Shown here piece after piece: positions 15,281 through 24,581 of a stretch of DNA of 50,933 bases. A program made the position numbers and the translations under genes. The notes below the pieces were generated by a model that did no database searches, was not told where the DNA came from, and saw nothing but the letters and a program-made list of their open reading frames with translations. Source of the stretch: Minisyncoccota bacterium (GTDB lineage Bacteria; Patescibacteriota; Minisyncoccia; Phycocordibacterales; UBA918); NCBI GenBank assembly GCA_021129515.1, contig JAJOLD010000006.1, positions 1 through 50,933 on the forward strand. The letters run 5' to 3'. Position 1 is the stretch's first letter. Each line of letters begins with the position of its first letter.

Positions 15281-15325
15281 TTCACGTAAAATAAGTAGAT
15301 ACAGAACTTCTATATCCGAAACAAG

Positions 15326-15356
15326 AAAAAGCCGGGCGCGAAGCGCCCGGCTTTTT
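15326..15356 (+). terminator. Rho-independent terminator
   Basis: AAAAAGCCGGGCGC-GAA-GCGCCCGGCTTTTT. Confidence 0.85.
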
Positions 15357-15422
15357 CTTTGGAGTATCCAAAAAATCTCTGAGATTTAATATGTCCAAAA
15401 TATATGCTACCCTGCACATATT

Positions 15423-16148
15423 ATGCAATACATTCCTATCAAAACCCGTATCATGCAGCCACCCAAAGACGACCTCTTTGCGGTGCTTGATAAGTACCTT
15501 ACTGGTGTACAAGAAGGTGATGTGGTGCTCATTACTTCCAAAATTGTTGCGATTCATCAAGGTCGCTGTATTCCAAATACAGAGGTTACAAAACGACAAC
15601 TCGTCGAACAGGAGGCTGATTATCTTATTGAAGGTCACACAAAATATGCAATGTCTCCACTTGCTATTAAATATCATGCGATGTTCTACGGTGCAGGTAT
15701 TGATGAGTCAAATGCAAATGACCACTTTATTCTGTTGCCCCAAAAAGCATTTGATATTGCTGAGGAGATTTGGAAGTATCTTAAGCAAAAACATACACTC
15801 AAAAATGTTGGAGTCATTATCACCGACAGCCATTCACAACCGATGCGTATGGGCGCCATAGGCGTTTCACTTGCGTGGTGGGGTTTTCATCCAATTGAGA
15901 GCCATAAAGGAAAGCTAGATTTGTTTAATCGGCATATGCAATTTTGTACAACCAATATTGTTGATTGTATCGCAGCCGGCTCAAATGCGGTCAGTGGCGA
16001 AACTGCAGAATGTACGCCAATCATTATGGTACGCGACGTACCAAACCTCACGTTTACTAACATAGATACGCGTCACGAGGTGTTCCAGTCTCAAAAAGAT
16101 GACATCTACTATCCGTTGATGAAGCCGTTTTATACAAATGAGGAATAG
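15423..16148 (+). CDS. CofE/F420-ligase-fold gamma-glutamyl ligase family protein (putative folate-related)
   Basis: Family-typical blocks GAGIDESNAN and GVIITDSHSQPMRMGAIGVSLAWWG. The folate link is inferred from context with the thymidylate genes. Confidence 0.65.
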   Translation: MQYIPIKTRIMQPPKDDLFAVLDKYLTGVQEGDVVLITSKIVAIHQGRCIPNTEVTKRQLVEQEADYLIEGHTKYAMSPLAIKYHAMFYGAGIDESNANDHFILLPQKAFDIAEEIWKYLKQKHTLKNVGVIITDSHSQPMRMGAIGVSLAWWGFHPIESHKGKLDLFNRHMQFCTTNIVDCIAAGSNAVSGETAECTPIIMVRDVPNLTFTNIDTRHEVFQSQKDDIYYPLMKPFYTNEE

Positions 16149-16225
16149 GGTTGCATTCTTTAAAAAAATACTATTTACTGACACATAAATAGTTCCGAAG
16201 TTCATTTTTATAGTGAGGTGACATA

Positions 16226-17356
16226 ATGTCTGAAAACAGAGGTGTGCTTCCTGGGCAGCGCATTCATGCGTTTTGCGAGGCGGGATACATTACGCATGCC
16301 AAGCCTTCCTCGGTTTCTGGTGCGTCGCTCGATTTGCATGATACAGATGAGATTTATGAGGTTGATCGTGTTGCGCTTCCTCAAGAAGGTGAGTGTGTGC
16401 AAGATTTGCTCACGCTTATGGGTGCTAATGGCCGGCATGATATTAGTCGACCACTCAAGGCTGGTCGAAAATACATTGCAAAACTGAGTGAGGAGATTGA
16501 TTTACCGAAAGGGTTTTATGGGTACACCAATCCAAAGTCATCAACAGGTAGGGTCGATGTGCATGCACGCATTATTGCTGACCGTATGCCACGGTATGAT
16601 TCTATTGAAGCAGGTTTTCACGGCAAACTTTGGATTGTTATTGAGCCAAAATCATTTGGTATTCGTATACCGCCAGGGTACTCATTTGCACAGGCACGAT
16701 TTTTCAATGGCAACACTCGTTTTTCTGATATCGATTTACTGACAAACATCAGTACAGAAAAGTTGGTGTGGTGCCCTGATGAAAAAAGACCGCTTGCATA
16801 TGAGGAAATCCCGCGTCATGACAAAGATGGCTCTATCATGCTCACACTTGATATTCCCGTCGAAGGTGTTGTGGGGTATCGATGTATTGCAACACCAGAA
16901 GATGTGCTCAATCTAGAGCATCGCGATGTTGATCCGTATCGTTTCTTCACACCCATCTATACTGATAGCGGTGTTGTGAATTTATTTAAAGATAATTTCT
17001 ACATTCTTTCAGTACGTGAGTCGGTGCGTATACCCCCTGGGTATGCTGGAGAAATGGTATCAATGGATGATCGAAGCGGAGAGTTTCGTTCTCACTATGC
17101 AGGGTATCTTGACCCTGGTTGGGGATACGGCAAAGATGGTGAGGGTGAAGGTGCACCGTTCACGCTTGAGGTGCGACCATTTGAAAATTTGGTTATCCGA
17201 ATGGGACAGCCTATTGCAAAAATACGTCTTGAGCGAATGATTGAACCACCAGTGAAAGAGTTCTTGTATGCTGCACGCGGCAATGCAAGTTATCAGGTGC
17301 AAACGGCTGCAAAACTTGCAAAACAGTTTGCGCCATTTCCACCACCAAAATCATAG
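16226..17356 (+). CDS. dcd: 2'-deoxycytidine 5'-triphosphate deaminase, long (~370 aa) form
   Basis: The N-terminus GVLPGQRIHAFCEAGYI...SGASLDLH and the length match the long DCD family as I recall it. Confidence 0.7.
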   Translation: MSENRGVLPGQRIHAFCEAGYITHAKPSSVSGASLDLHDTDEIYEVDRVALPQEGECVQDLLTLMGANGRHDISRPLKAGRKYIAKLSEEIDLPKGFYGYTNPKSSTGRVDVHARIIADRMPRYDSIEAGFHGKLWIVIEPKSFGIRIPPGYSFAQARFFNGNTRFSDIDLLTNISTEKLVWCPDEKRPLAYEEIPRHDKDGSIMLTLDIPVEGVVGYRCIATPEDVLNLEHRDVDPYRFFTPIYTDSGVVNLFKDNFYILSVRESVRIPPGYAGEMVSMDDRSGEFRSHYAGYLDPGWGYGKDGEGEGAPFTLEVRPFENLVIRMGQPIAKIRLERMIEPPVKEFLYAARGNASYQVQTAAKLAKQFAPFPPPKS

Positions 17357-17412
17357 GAGTATATAAAAGAACGGCGCACAGAAATGTGCGCCGGTTTCTA
17401 TAGGGAAGACCC

Positions 17413-18829
17413 TTATGCAGTTTGCTTGACGATGTCGTGTTCGCCACGTTTTACGTCAAAGCGATCTGGTTCCGGGTCAAGATGAAGGACATATCCAGTT
17501 TCTCCAAATGCGAGTTGTAATGCATCTGCCATTCGTGCTGCTTGTATACGCAGTGTAGGATACACAAATCGAGTGACACGCAGCTCAGTGATATAGGTCA
17601 TTGCTGGTAGATCACCACTAAAGCTGTTAGCAGTGAGATATCCCATTGGAATATAGTATTGTTCAACTTCTTTACTTACCCTCAAGGCATTGATACGTAC
17701 CTGTTGTGAGGCGAGCAGATCTTCTGCTTCTCTGCGTAGCTCAGGAGTGAGCTCCTCAAGATACCATGGATGAAAACCGATATCGGTGGTCAGCAGCGGC
17801 ATACGTTGTGTTACCGACCGTTGCCGTTGTAGGTCTCTGAAGCTTCCAAAATCTAACAAAAATTGAAACTGCATTGTCCCGCAATCACCGAGCCACTTTG
17901 GCAGCTCTGTTTTTGGAGGGCGCGAAGCGAGTACTTCACGATACTGTTCCAATGCTACCGTGTCTACATCGTTACGAGACAGTACGAACTCAAAAGCTTC
18001 TGGGTCATGCCAATAGTATGCGTCTGACATAACCGATGCCGCGTATGCCTCCGTATCCTCGTACCGTTTTTTTTGAAAACGAGTTCGGATACATCTGCAA
18101 CAAGGCTTCCTCGATTGCTTCTGCAATAGCGCGCACTTCCTCAAGTGGGTGATTTCTCAACCATAGCAGTCTGTCACTAAACTGACGTAATGTTGTGTGC
18201 CAAGAAAGGTTGGTCGACGTACCAGCTGGCAAGAAGCACTGGGTGATGTCGAATGCTCGTGCATTAATTGCCTTTTTGTATTTGGTTCTACTTTCAGATG
18301 CTTCTGTGTCTCCATATGTTTCATATGGATATCGAGACAGGAGCTCTTTTTGCATAACCTGTAGGGCATGGAGGTAAAAATTTCGTTGCCGTTCAAGGAT
18401 GTCGTCACCATCAGCAGTTGTTGCTGGATTGTAGAAGGGTTGTTTGTCAAACGGTATGTACCGAGTTGATGCTTCTTGCCCATTATAGAGCGGTGTATCT
18501 TGTATTGCTTTAGCGGCTAACATCGAAACACCCTCAATAAATATCGTTGCACTCCCGCAGTCACCAATGGATTTATGACCATATCCCACGTAGAACATGC
18601 GCATAAACTTTGCTGCACCATACTTAATAAGTTGCTGTAAGTGTGCACGAATACCACCAATTGAGCGTGAATGCAATGCTTGGAGCATTGCTTCTTCCTC
18701 CGCTCCGATAACCGCACCTGTTTTGAGCAAAATCACTTTTCCGCCATTGGGTAGTGAAACTTCAGTGTGCGTCAGTAGCCGCAACATGATTTTATGTATG
18801 AATGAAGAAATTGCTGTACCAAGATTCAT
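17413..18829 (-). pseudogene. thyX: Flavin-dependent thymidylate synthase (ThyX/Thy1 family, long tandem form) interrupted by a frameshift in an A8 run
   Basis: ORF 18829-18005 (..YGHKSIGDCGSATIFIEGVSML..STRY..) and ORF 18144-17413 (..FRDLQRQRSVTQR..) join as ..MYPNSFSKK|RYEDTEAY.. if the coding-strand A8 (18067-18074) were A7. Confidence 0.7.
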
Positions 18830-19003
18830 TTTGTCTTACTCGTACTAATTTGAAGAGTTGTATTGTGTAGGAACAATCCTGTTGAGAGTGTATCAGCTAG
18901 TGTTGTTTTGTAATATTGACACAAAACTTTTTTGTCATGTGCGGTCTATATTTGGTAAACGTGTGGCATACTTATTGAGTTCTTTTGAAGCAAGGAGTTA
19001 CGT

Positions 19004-19636
19004 ATGAGTAGACTTATTTGTATTGAAAGGTCCTGATGGTTCGGGAAAAACAACACTTTCAAAAAATTTGGTACGCACGCTGACTGAAGACAGTGTCGAG
19101 ACGATTTGCACGCGTGAGCCCGGAGGTACCGACGCAGGAAACAGTATTCGTGAGCTTGTGCTTCGGACTGATGTGGTACATGAAGCAAAGCTTTGTTTAT
19201 TTTACGCCGATCGCCTGCAACATTTGCATACTGTGGTGGTGTCGGCATTGCGGGCTGGAAAAACAGTCATTTCAGATCGTTCGGAATTGTCGACCTATAG
19301 TTACCAGGTACATCCCCATGAAGATGCAGTGTTGTTGGAGCTATTTCAGCATATGAGCAATCAAGTGCAGTCGGTGTTATCTGGGTTTCAGTGGACATGC
19401 TTGTTTGTCATTTGCCATATGAAGAGGCTGAAAGACGCATCCGTGACCGAATGGATGTTGGAGGTGAACATAACTCGTTTGATTGTGAACACGAACGGTT
19501 CAAGCGAGCAGTGCGCGATGGTATGCAACGAGGTCAGCAGCACCTCTGTGCTACCTATACCTTTCACGGTATCGATGCACAAGGTGACGAGCATGCGGTG
19601 TTGCATGAGGCTCGCACAACACTCGGGTATACGTAA
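19004..19636 (+). pseudogene. tmk: Thymidylate kinase with two compensating frameshifts
   Basis: AAGGAG (18992-18997) plus ATG 19004 gives MSRLICIE and then a stop. The P-loop GPDGSGKTT, TREPGGT and ISDRS are in the +1 frame from 19029. The C-terminus VDMLVCHLPYEEAERRIRDR.. returns to the first frame near 19385. Confidence 0.75.
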
Positions 19637-19746
19637 AGGTATCTTTCTATAAAAGCGGTCGATGTGGTTGTCCGCTTTTTATTAATGGTGATGCTCAATG
19701 CTTACAGATATTTACAACTAGGCAAAAAAACTTGTATCATAACAGT

Positions 19747-20076
19747 ATGAAATTTTCTGAGTATCAAAAACAATCTCGTGAGACCGTAGTGTATCCAGAT
19801 GCAGGCAATAATTACGTGTATCCAACACTCGGGCTTGCAGGCGAGGGTGGTGAAATTGCAAATAAAGTGAAGAAAATAGCGCGAGACAATGCAGGCACCT
19901 TGAGTGATGAGGTGCGAGAAGCTCTAAAGGGTGAACTTGGTGACGTGTTGTGGTACGCCGCACAGCTTGCCACAGAGCTTGACCTCTCACTTGAGGACAT
20001 TGCAGAAGAGAATATCGTAAGATTACAATCACGGAAAGCGCGGGGTACATTGCATGGTGACGGGGATACACGATAA
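19747..20076 (+). CDS. MazG-like nucleoside triphosphate pyrophosphohydrolase
   Basis: LGLAGEGGEIANKVKK and ELGDVLWYAAQLATELDLSLEDIAEENIVRL are typical all-alpha MazG motifs. Confidence 0.8.
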   Translation: MKFSEYQKQSRETVVYPDAGNNYVYPTLGLAGEGGEIANKVKKIARDNAGTLSDEVREALKGELGDVLWYAAQLATELDLSLEDIAEENIVRLQSRKARGTLHGDGDTR

Positions 20077-20132
20077 GTATGTTGTAGTAGCAGCACAACA
20101 GAATACGGATTACTAAACTAAGGATTTTTATC

Positions 20133-21401
20133 ATGCAGAACGACGACTACACATACATTGAAAAACAAGACAAGGAGATTTATAACGCCCTTGTGGGTGA
20201 GGAAGAGCGTGAGCGGAAGGGGATTGAAATGATTCCAAGCGAGAACTACGTGTCGCGAGCCGTTCGCGAAGCGAACGGCTCAGTGCTCACGAACAAATAC
20301 GCTGAAGGCTACCCGGGCAAGCGCTACTACGGCGGGCAGATGTACACCGATGTAGTTGAGCAAATTGCCATAGACCGCGCTAAAGAGCTTTTCAATTGTG
20401 CGTACGCTAATGTGCAGCCACTCTCAGGTGCACCAGCAAACATGGCAATGTACTTTGCACTCCTTGAGCCAGGCGATACGGTCTTGGGTATGCACCTCGA
20501 ACACGGAGGTCACCTGACACATGGACATCCGACCACGTCGATCAACAAAGTGTTCAACTTTGTGCGCTACCAAATGAAAGATGTTGAGACAGGGGAGATA
20601 GACTATGACGAACTTCGCCGCGTTGCGCATGAGCATAAACCAAAAATAATTCTCGCTGGATTCTCTGCGTACAGTCGTGAACTCGACTATGCGAAGTTTG
20701 TGGAAATCGCGAAGGAAGTGGGAGCGTACACAGTTGCCGATATGGCACACATCGCAGGACTCATTGCAGGGGGTGCTGCGCGAAACCCATTTGATGATGG
20801 GTTTGACGTCATCACCACCACGACACACAAAACACTGCGCGGACCACGTGGTGGGATGATTCTGGTGCGTGAAGACGCCGATATTGCAAAGCGTATCAAT
20901 AAAACAGTCTTCCCTGGGACACAGGGTGGTCCACATATGAACAACATTGCCGCAAAAGCTGTCGCCTTCCACGAGGCGCTCCAGCCAGCATTCAAAGAAT
21001 ATGCTGTGCAGGTCTTGAAGAATGCAAAAGCAATGGAAGCTGTGTTTAAGGATGCAGATATTCGTATGCTTTGTGGAGGTACAAGCAATCACCTTATCCT
21101 CGCAGACGTGTATGGCTCATTAGGACTCTCAGGAAAAGAGGCAGAGGCAGTGCTCGACGCAGTCGGCATTACGGTAAACAAGAACATGATTGCAGGTGAA
21201 GTACGCTCGGCGCTCGATCCTTCAGGTATTCGGTTTGGAACGCCTGCTATGACCACTCGTGGTATGAAAGAAGTGCAGGCAACCAAAATTGCGGAACTTA
21301 TGGTAGAGACACTCCGCAAAGATGGACGCGCACAGGAGGAAATCAAAAAGGAGCTAGAGGAACTGTGTGAAGCATTTCCAGTACCAGACACATTTGTGTA
21401 A
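20133..21401 (+). CDS. glyA: Serine hydroxymethyltransferase
   Basis: TTTTHKTLRGPRGG PLP-lysine motif, and SHMT-like sequence over the full length. Confidence 0.95.
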   Translation: MQNDDYTYIEKQDKEIYNALVGEEERERKGIEMIPSENYVSRAVREANGSVLTNKYAEGYPGKRYYGGQMYTDVVEQIAIDRAKELFNCAYANVQPLSGAPANMAMYFALLEPGDTVLGMHLEHGGHLTHGHPTTSINKVFNFVRYQMKDVETGEIDYDELRRVAHEHKPKIILAGFSAYSRELDYAKFVEIAKEVGAYTVADMAHIAGLIAGGAARNPFDDGFDVITTTTHKTLRGPRGGMILVREDADIAKRINKTVFPGTQGGPHMNNIAAKAVAFHEALQPAFKEYAVQVLKNAKAMEAVFKDADIRMLCGGTSNHLILADVYGSLGLSGKEAEAVLDAVGITVNKNMIAGEVRSALDPSGIRFGTPAMTTRGMKEVQATKIAELMVETLRKDGRAQEEIKKELEELCEAFPVPDTFV

Positions 21402-21442
21402 TGTAACTTAGGACACCCGATGTCCTAAGTCTCCTTGAACTG

Positions 21443-21472
21443 AAAAATACTCCAATCGAATGGAGTATTTTT
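21443..21472 (+). terminator. Rho-independent terminator after glyA
   Basis: AAAAATACTCCAATCGAATGGAGTATTTTT. Confidence 0.75.
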
Positions 21473-21505
21473 GGTTATATAGAGCTGTATCAGGTACAAT
21501 ACACA

Positions 21506-22603
21506 GTGACTATGATGCAAGCATTTCACAATACAAAAGCCAAGGTATATCGGCTGCGTCGGCACTGGCTCACGCTTTCTTTTTTCCTTGGTTTTGTCAT
21601 CGATAACATCACGCTCAACCGAGTCGACCAAGTGTTTGATAATATCGTGCTCTTTACCTATGTGGTGCTTGCAATGGTGAGTTTGCTGCTGCTCTATGCG
21701 AGTGTGTCAGGCAACATCTACGAACCCATTCGTGAGCGTGTCCGTGCCTTTTCGCCGCTCTTGGTGCAGTTCGCGTTTGGTGGGTTGCTTTCGGGGATTT
21801 TGATTTTCTATGGTCGTAGTGGTACCTGGTATGAAAGTTGGCCATTTCTTTTGGTGATTTTGGCAGTCATTTATGGAAACGAAACTATCAAAGATCGTTC
21901 ACAGCGGTTGGTGTTCAACCTGTCGATTTTGTTTGTGGGGCTCTTCTCGTATGTGGTGTTGGTGATTCCGGTATTCACGGGCATGATGGGTCCGTGGATT
22001 TTTATCGGCAGTGGCTTTATTGCGCTCACGGTCATGCACTTTTTTGTGCGTGTGCTACATCGTATTGTGCCGAACTTTATCGACATGCAGATGCGTTCAA
22101 TTATCTTTGTTATCGGTACTATCTACGCATCACTTAACTTTCTGTACTTCAGCAATATCATTCCGCCGATTCCACTGTCTATTAAAGAAGTGGGCATTTA
22201 CCACAGTGTCGTGCGCTATGGTGATGGTAATTACCAACTGACGTATGAAAAACCTGCATGGTACCAGTTTTTTCGTGATTCAGATAAACATTTCCACCAC
22301 CAGCCAGGTGATAACATCTACTGCTTTGCCTCAGTGTTTGCACCAACGCGACTTGCAACCGAGGTATACCATCGCTGGGAGTGGTATGACGAAGCAAATG
22401 CCGAATGGGTAGAACACGGGCGATTTTCATATTCAATTGAAGGAGGACGCGATGGCGGGTTCCGTGGATACACGCTCATCAAGAATTATCGTGAGGCAAA
22501 GTGGCGCTGTACGGTAGAGACCGAGCGAGGGCAGGTGATTGGTCGCGAGGTGTTCTTTGTTGAGGGAGGTGCACCTGCCGAATTGGTCACTGACATACGG
22601 TAG
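21506..22603 (+). CDS. Polytopic membrane protein with C-terminal DUF2914-like domain
   Basis: About 7 hydrophobic helices, then a soluble beta-rich C-terminus (..YHRWEWYDEANAEWVEHGRFSYSIEGGRDGGFRGYT..WRCTVETERGQVIG). The domain name is from memory. Confidence 0.55.
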   Translation: MTMMQAFHNTKAKVYRLRRHWLTLSFFLGFVIDNITLNRVDQVFDNIVLFTYVVLAMVSLLLLYASVSGNIYEPIRERVRAFSPLLVQFAFGGLLSGILIFYGRSGTWYESWPFLLVILAVIYGNETIKDRSQRLVFNLSILFVGLFSYVVLVIPVFTGMMGPWIFIGSGFIALTVMHFFVRVLHRIVPNFIDMQMRSIIFVIGTIYASLNFLYFSNIIPPIPLSIKEVGIYHSVVRYGDGNYQLTYEKPAWYQFFRDSDKHFHHQPGDNIYCFASVFAPTRLATEVYHRWEWYDEANAEWVEHGRFSYSIEGGRDGGFRGYTLIKNYREAKWRCTVETERGQVIGREVFFVEGGAPAELVTDIR

Positions 22604-22637
22604 TACCTGAGTGAGGGATTGAATCTCTTACTCAGTG

Positions 22638-22660
22638 ATACAGGGGTCGGACCCCTGTAT
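22638..22660 (+). terminator. GGGGT-N3-ACCCC hairpin after the membrane-protein gene
   Basis: ATACAGGGGT-CGG-ACCCCTGTAT, with no T run. Confidence 0.4.
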
Positions 22661-22732
22661 GTGTTGGGTGGATTGGTAATGTGGTGAGAATTTTTGTATT
22701 GTGTGTGGGATATTGCAAATATACGCTACGTT

Positions 22733-24412
22733 ATGAAATCTATTTTAGAGGAGGCAATTAAAAACGCACTGACAGAGCTTGGTCTTGACCATGTTGATTT
22801 TGTGGTGGAGCATCCGTCAGATATGGCGCATGGTGACTATGCAACCAATGTTGCAATGGTCCTCGCGAAGAAAGCTGGGAGAAATCCACGCGAGCTTGCG
22901 GAGGACATTATTGCAGCGCTCGATGGAAAGGTTGCTGCGGTGGCGCAGCTTGAGCTTGCAGGTCCTGGGTTTATTAACGTCCATCTCACACGTGATTTTT
23001 TTACGGAGCAAATCGTATACGCAAACAAGGAGGGTGCACAATGGGGAAGTAACGACATTGCGTCTGAAACCGAGGTTGTGCTCGAGTACACCAGCCCAAA
23101 TCTTTTCAAGCCACTCCATATTGGTAACTTAGTGGGGAATATTATTGGTGAATCACTCACGCGGCTCTTTGAGAACGCGGGAGCAACACTGTATCGCCTT
23201 AACTATCCGTCAGATATTGGTCCGGTGGTAGCAAAAGGTGTGTGGGGTCTTAAGTATCGTGGGCTTAATCCAGATAACATCGAAGACCTTGGTCGTGCCT
23301 ATGTAGCAGGTAATGAAGCGTACGAAGCTGGTGGCGCACAGAAAGAAGAAATCGATGCAGTCAACCGTGCTTTGTATGCTGGAGATGACGATGCATTGAA
23401 TGCATTGCGTGCTCGAGGTATTGCTACGTCACGTGCACGGCTCGCTGAGATTTGTACGGAGCTTGGCACTCATTTTGATTTTGAGATTTTAGAAAGTGAA
23501 TCTGGTCCAATTGGGTCTGAGATTGTGAAAAAACATGTTGATGATGTATTTGAAGTGAGTGATGGTGCTGTTGTCTACCGAGGTGAGCAGGTGGGACTCC
23601 ATACGCGTGTCTTTATCAACTCGCAAGGGCTGCCAACATACGAGGCTAAAGACCTTGGCAACTTCACGATAAAACAAAAAAAATATCCCAACTGGACGCA
23701 TTCGATTATTGTCACTGGTGGTGAGCAGGCTGAGTACTTTAAGGTGCTCTATGCCTCGATTCGTGCTCTATGGCCAGAAGCGAAAGCAAAAAACTTAGAG
23801 CACATTCCAACCGGCTTTCTCACACTCACAACGGGTAAGATGTCCTCTCGAAAAGGAAATGTACTGACCGGAGAGTCGCTTCTTGCTGAGTTGAAGGAAG
23901 CGGTGCAAGAAAGAGCAGCAGCATCACGCGCGGAAGATGTTGAGAAACTCGCATCGCAGCTCGCTGTTGGTGCGCTCAAGTTCCAGATTCTTAAGCAAAA
24001 GGTAGGTATGAATATTGTGTTTGATAAGGGGCGAGCATTGTCGTTTGAGGGTGACTCAGGTCCCTATGTGCAGTACACCCATGCGCGCATCTCCTCACTC
24101 ATACAAAAGGCTGACGCTGAAGGCATTACCGCACATTACAACACAGTTCCCGACACGACGTATGCGATAGAGAAGTTTCTCTATCGCTTTAATGAAGTAA
24201 CGAGTATGGCGCTTGAGGCTCGTGAGCCCCATCATCTGGTGACGTACTTGCTTGAGATCGCAAGTGCTTTCAACACCTTCTATGCGCAAGAAAAGATAGC
24301 TGATGCGGATGATGCATATGCACCATACAAACTCGCACTTACACAGGCGGTAGGGCAGACGATTAAAAATGGACTATGGATGCTGGGTATTGAAGCGCCA
24401 GAGCGGATGTAG
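22733..24412 (+). CDS. argS: Arginyl-tRNA synthetase
   Basis: KPLHIGNLVG (HIGH) and TGKMSSRKGN (KMSK-like). Start chosen at MKSILEEAIKNAL. Confidence 0.92.
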   Translation: MKSILEEAIKNALTELGLDHVDFVVEHPSDMAHGDYATNVAMVLAKKAGRNPRELAEDIIAALDGKVAAVAQLELAGPGFINVHLTRDFFTEQIVYANKEGAQWGSNDIASETEVVLEYTSPNLFKPLHIGNLVGNIIGESLTRLFENAGATLYRLNYPSDIGPVVAKGVWGLKYRGLNPDNIEDLGRAYVAGNEAYEAGGAQKEEIDAVNRALYAGDDDALNALRARGIATSRARLAEICTELGTHFDFEILESESGPIGSEIVKKHVDDVFEVSDGAVVYRGEQVGLHTRVFINSQGLPTYEAKDLGNFTIKQKKYPNWTHSIIVTGGEQAEYFKVLYASIRALWPEAKAKNLEHIPTGFLTLTTGKMSSRKGNVLTGESLLAELKEAVQERAAASRAEDVEKLASQLAVGALKFQILKQKVGMNIVFDKGRALSFEGDSGPYVQYTHARISSLIQKADAEGITAHYNTVPDTTYAIEKFLYRFNEVTSMALEAREPHHLVTYLLEIASAFNTFYAQEKIADADDAYAPYKLALTQAVGQTIKNGLWMLGIEAPERM

Positions 24413-24413
24413 C

Positions 24414-24446
24414 ACATGGGTAAGGGGTTCGACCCCTTACCTATGT
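24414..24446 (+). terminator. GGGGT-N3-ACCCC hairpin after argS
   Basis: ACATGGGTAAGGGG-TTCG-ACCCCTTACCTATGT, with no T run. Confidence 0.45.
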
Positions 24447-24581
24447 GTGCATAACACCGTTGTGGGTTGCACAGATATTTTTTTCGTTATATAAAATAGC
24501 GTTTGCTTTGACTTTGGGCAAAGTCAAAGAAGGACGGGCCCCTGTGCGCGCAGGGTAGAAAGTACTTTTGAGGAAATAAAA

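Noticed and set aside
15144-15389. 81-aa ORF covering repeat R2 and a terminator; likewise 12620-12835 (minus) over R1
   Set aside because: The two repeat copies are open on different strands and frames, so the conservation is not protein-coding. The ORFs also run through terminator hairpins.
17413-18829. Treating the two thyX ORFs as separate genes
   Set aside because: They overlap by 140 nt in different frames, and the break coincides exactly with an A8 run. Joined, the sequence reads through smoothly, so I treated them as one frameshifted gene.
20424-21092. 222-aa and 133-aa minus-strand ORFs inside glyA; similar antisense ORFs inside recA (46303-46758) and ftsK (48813-49286)
   Set aside because: They are shadow ORFs of highly conserved genes.
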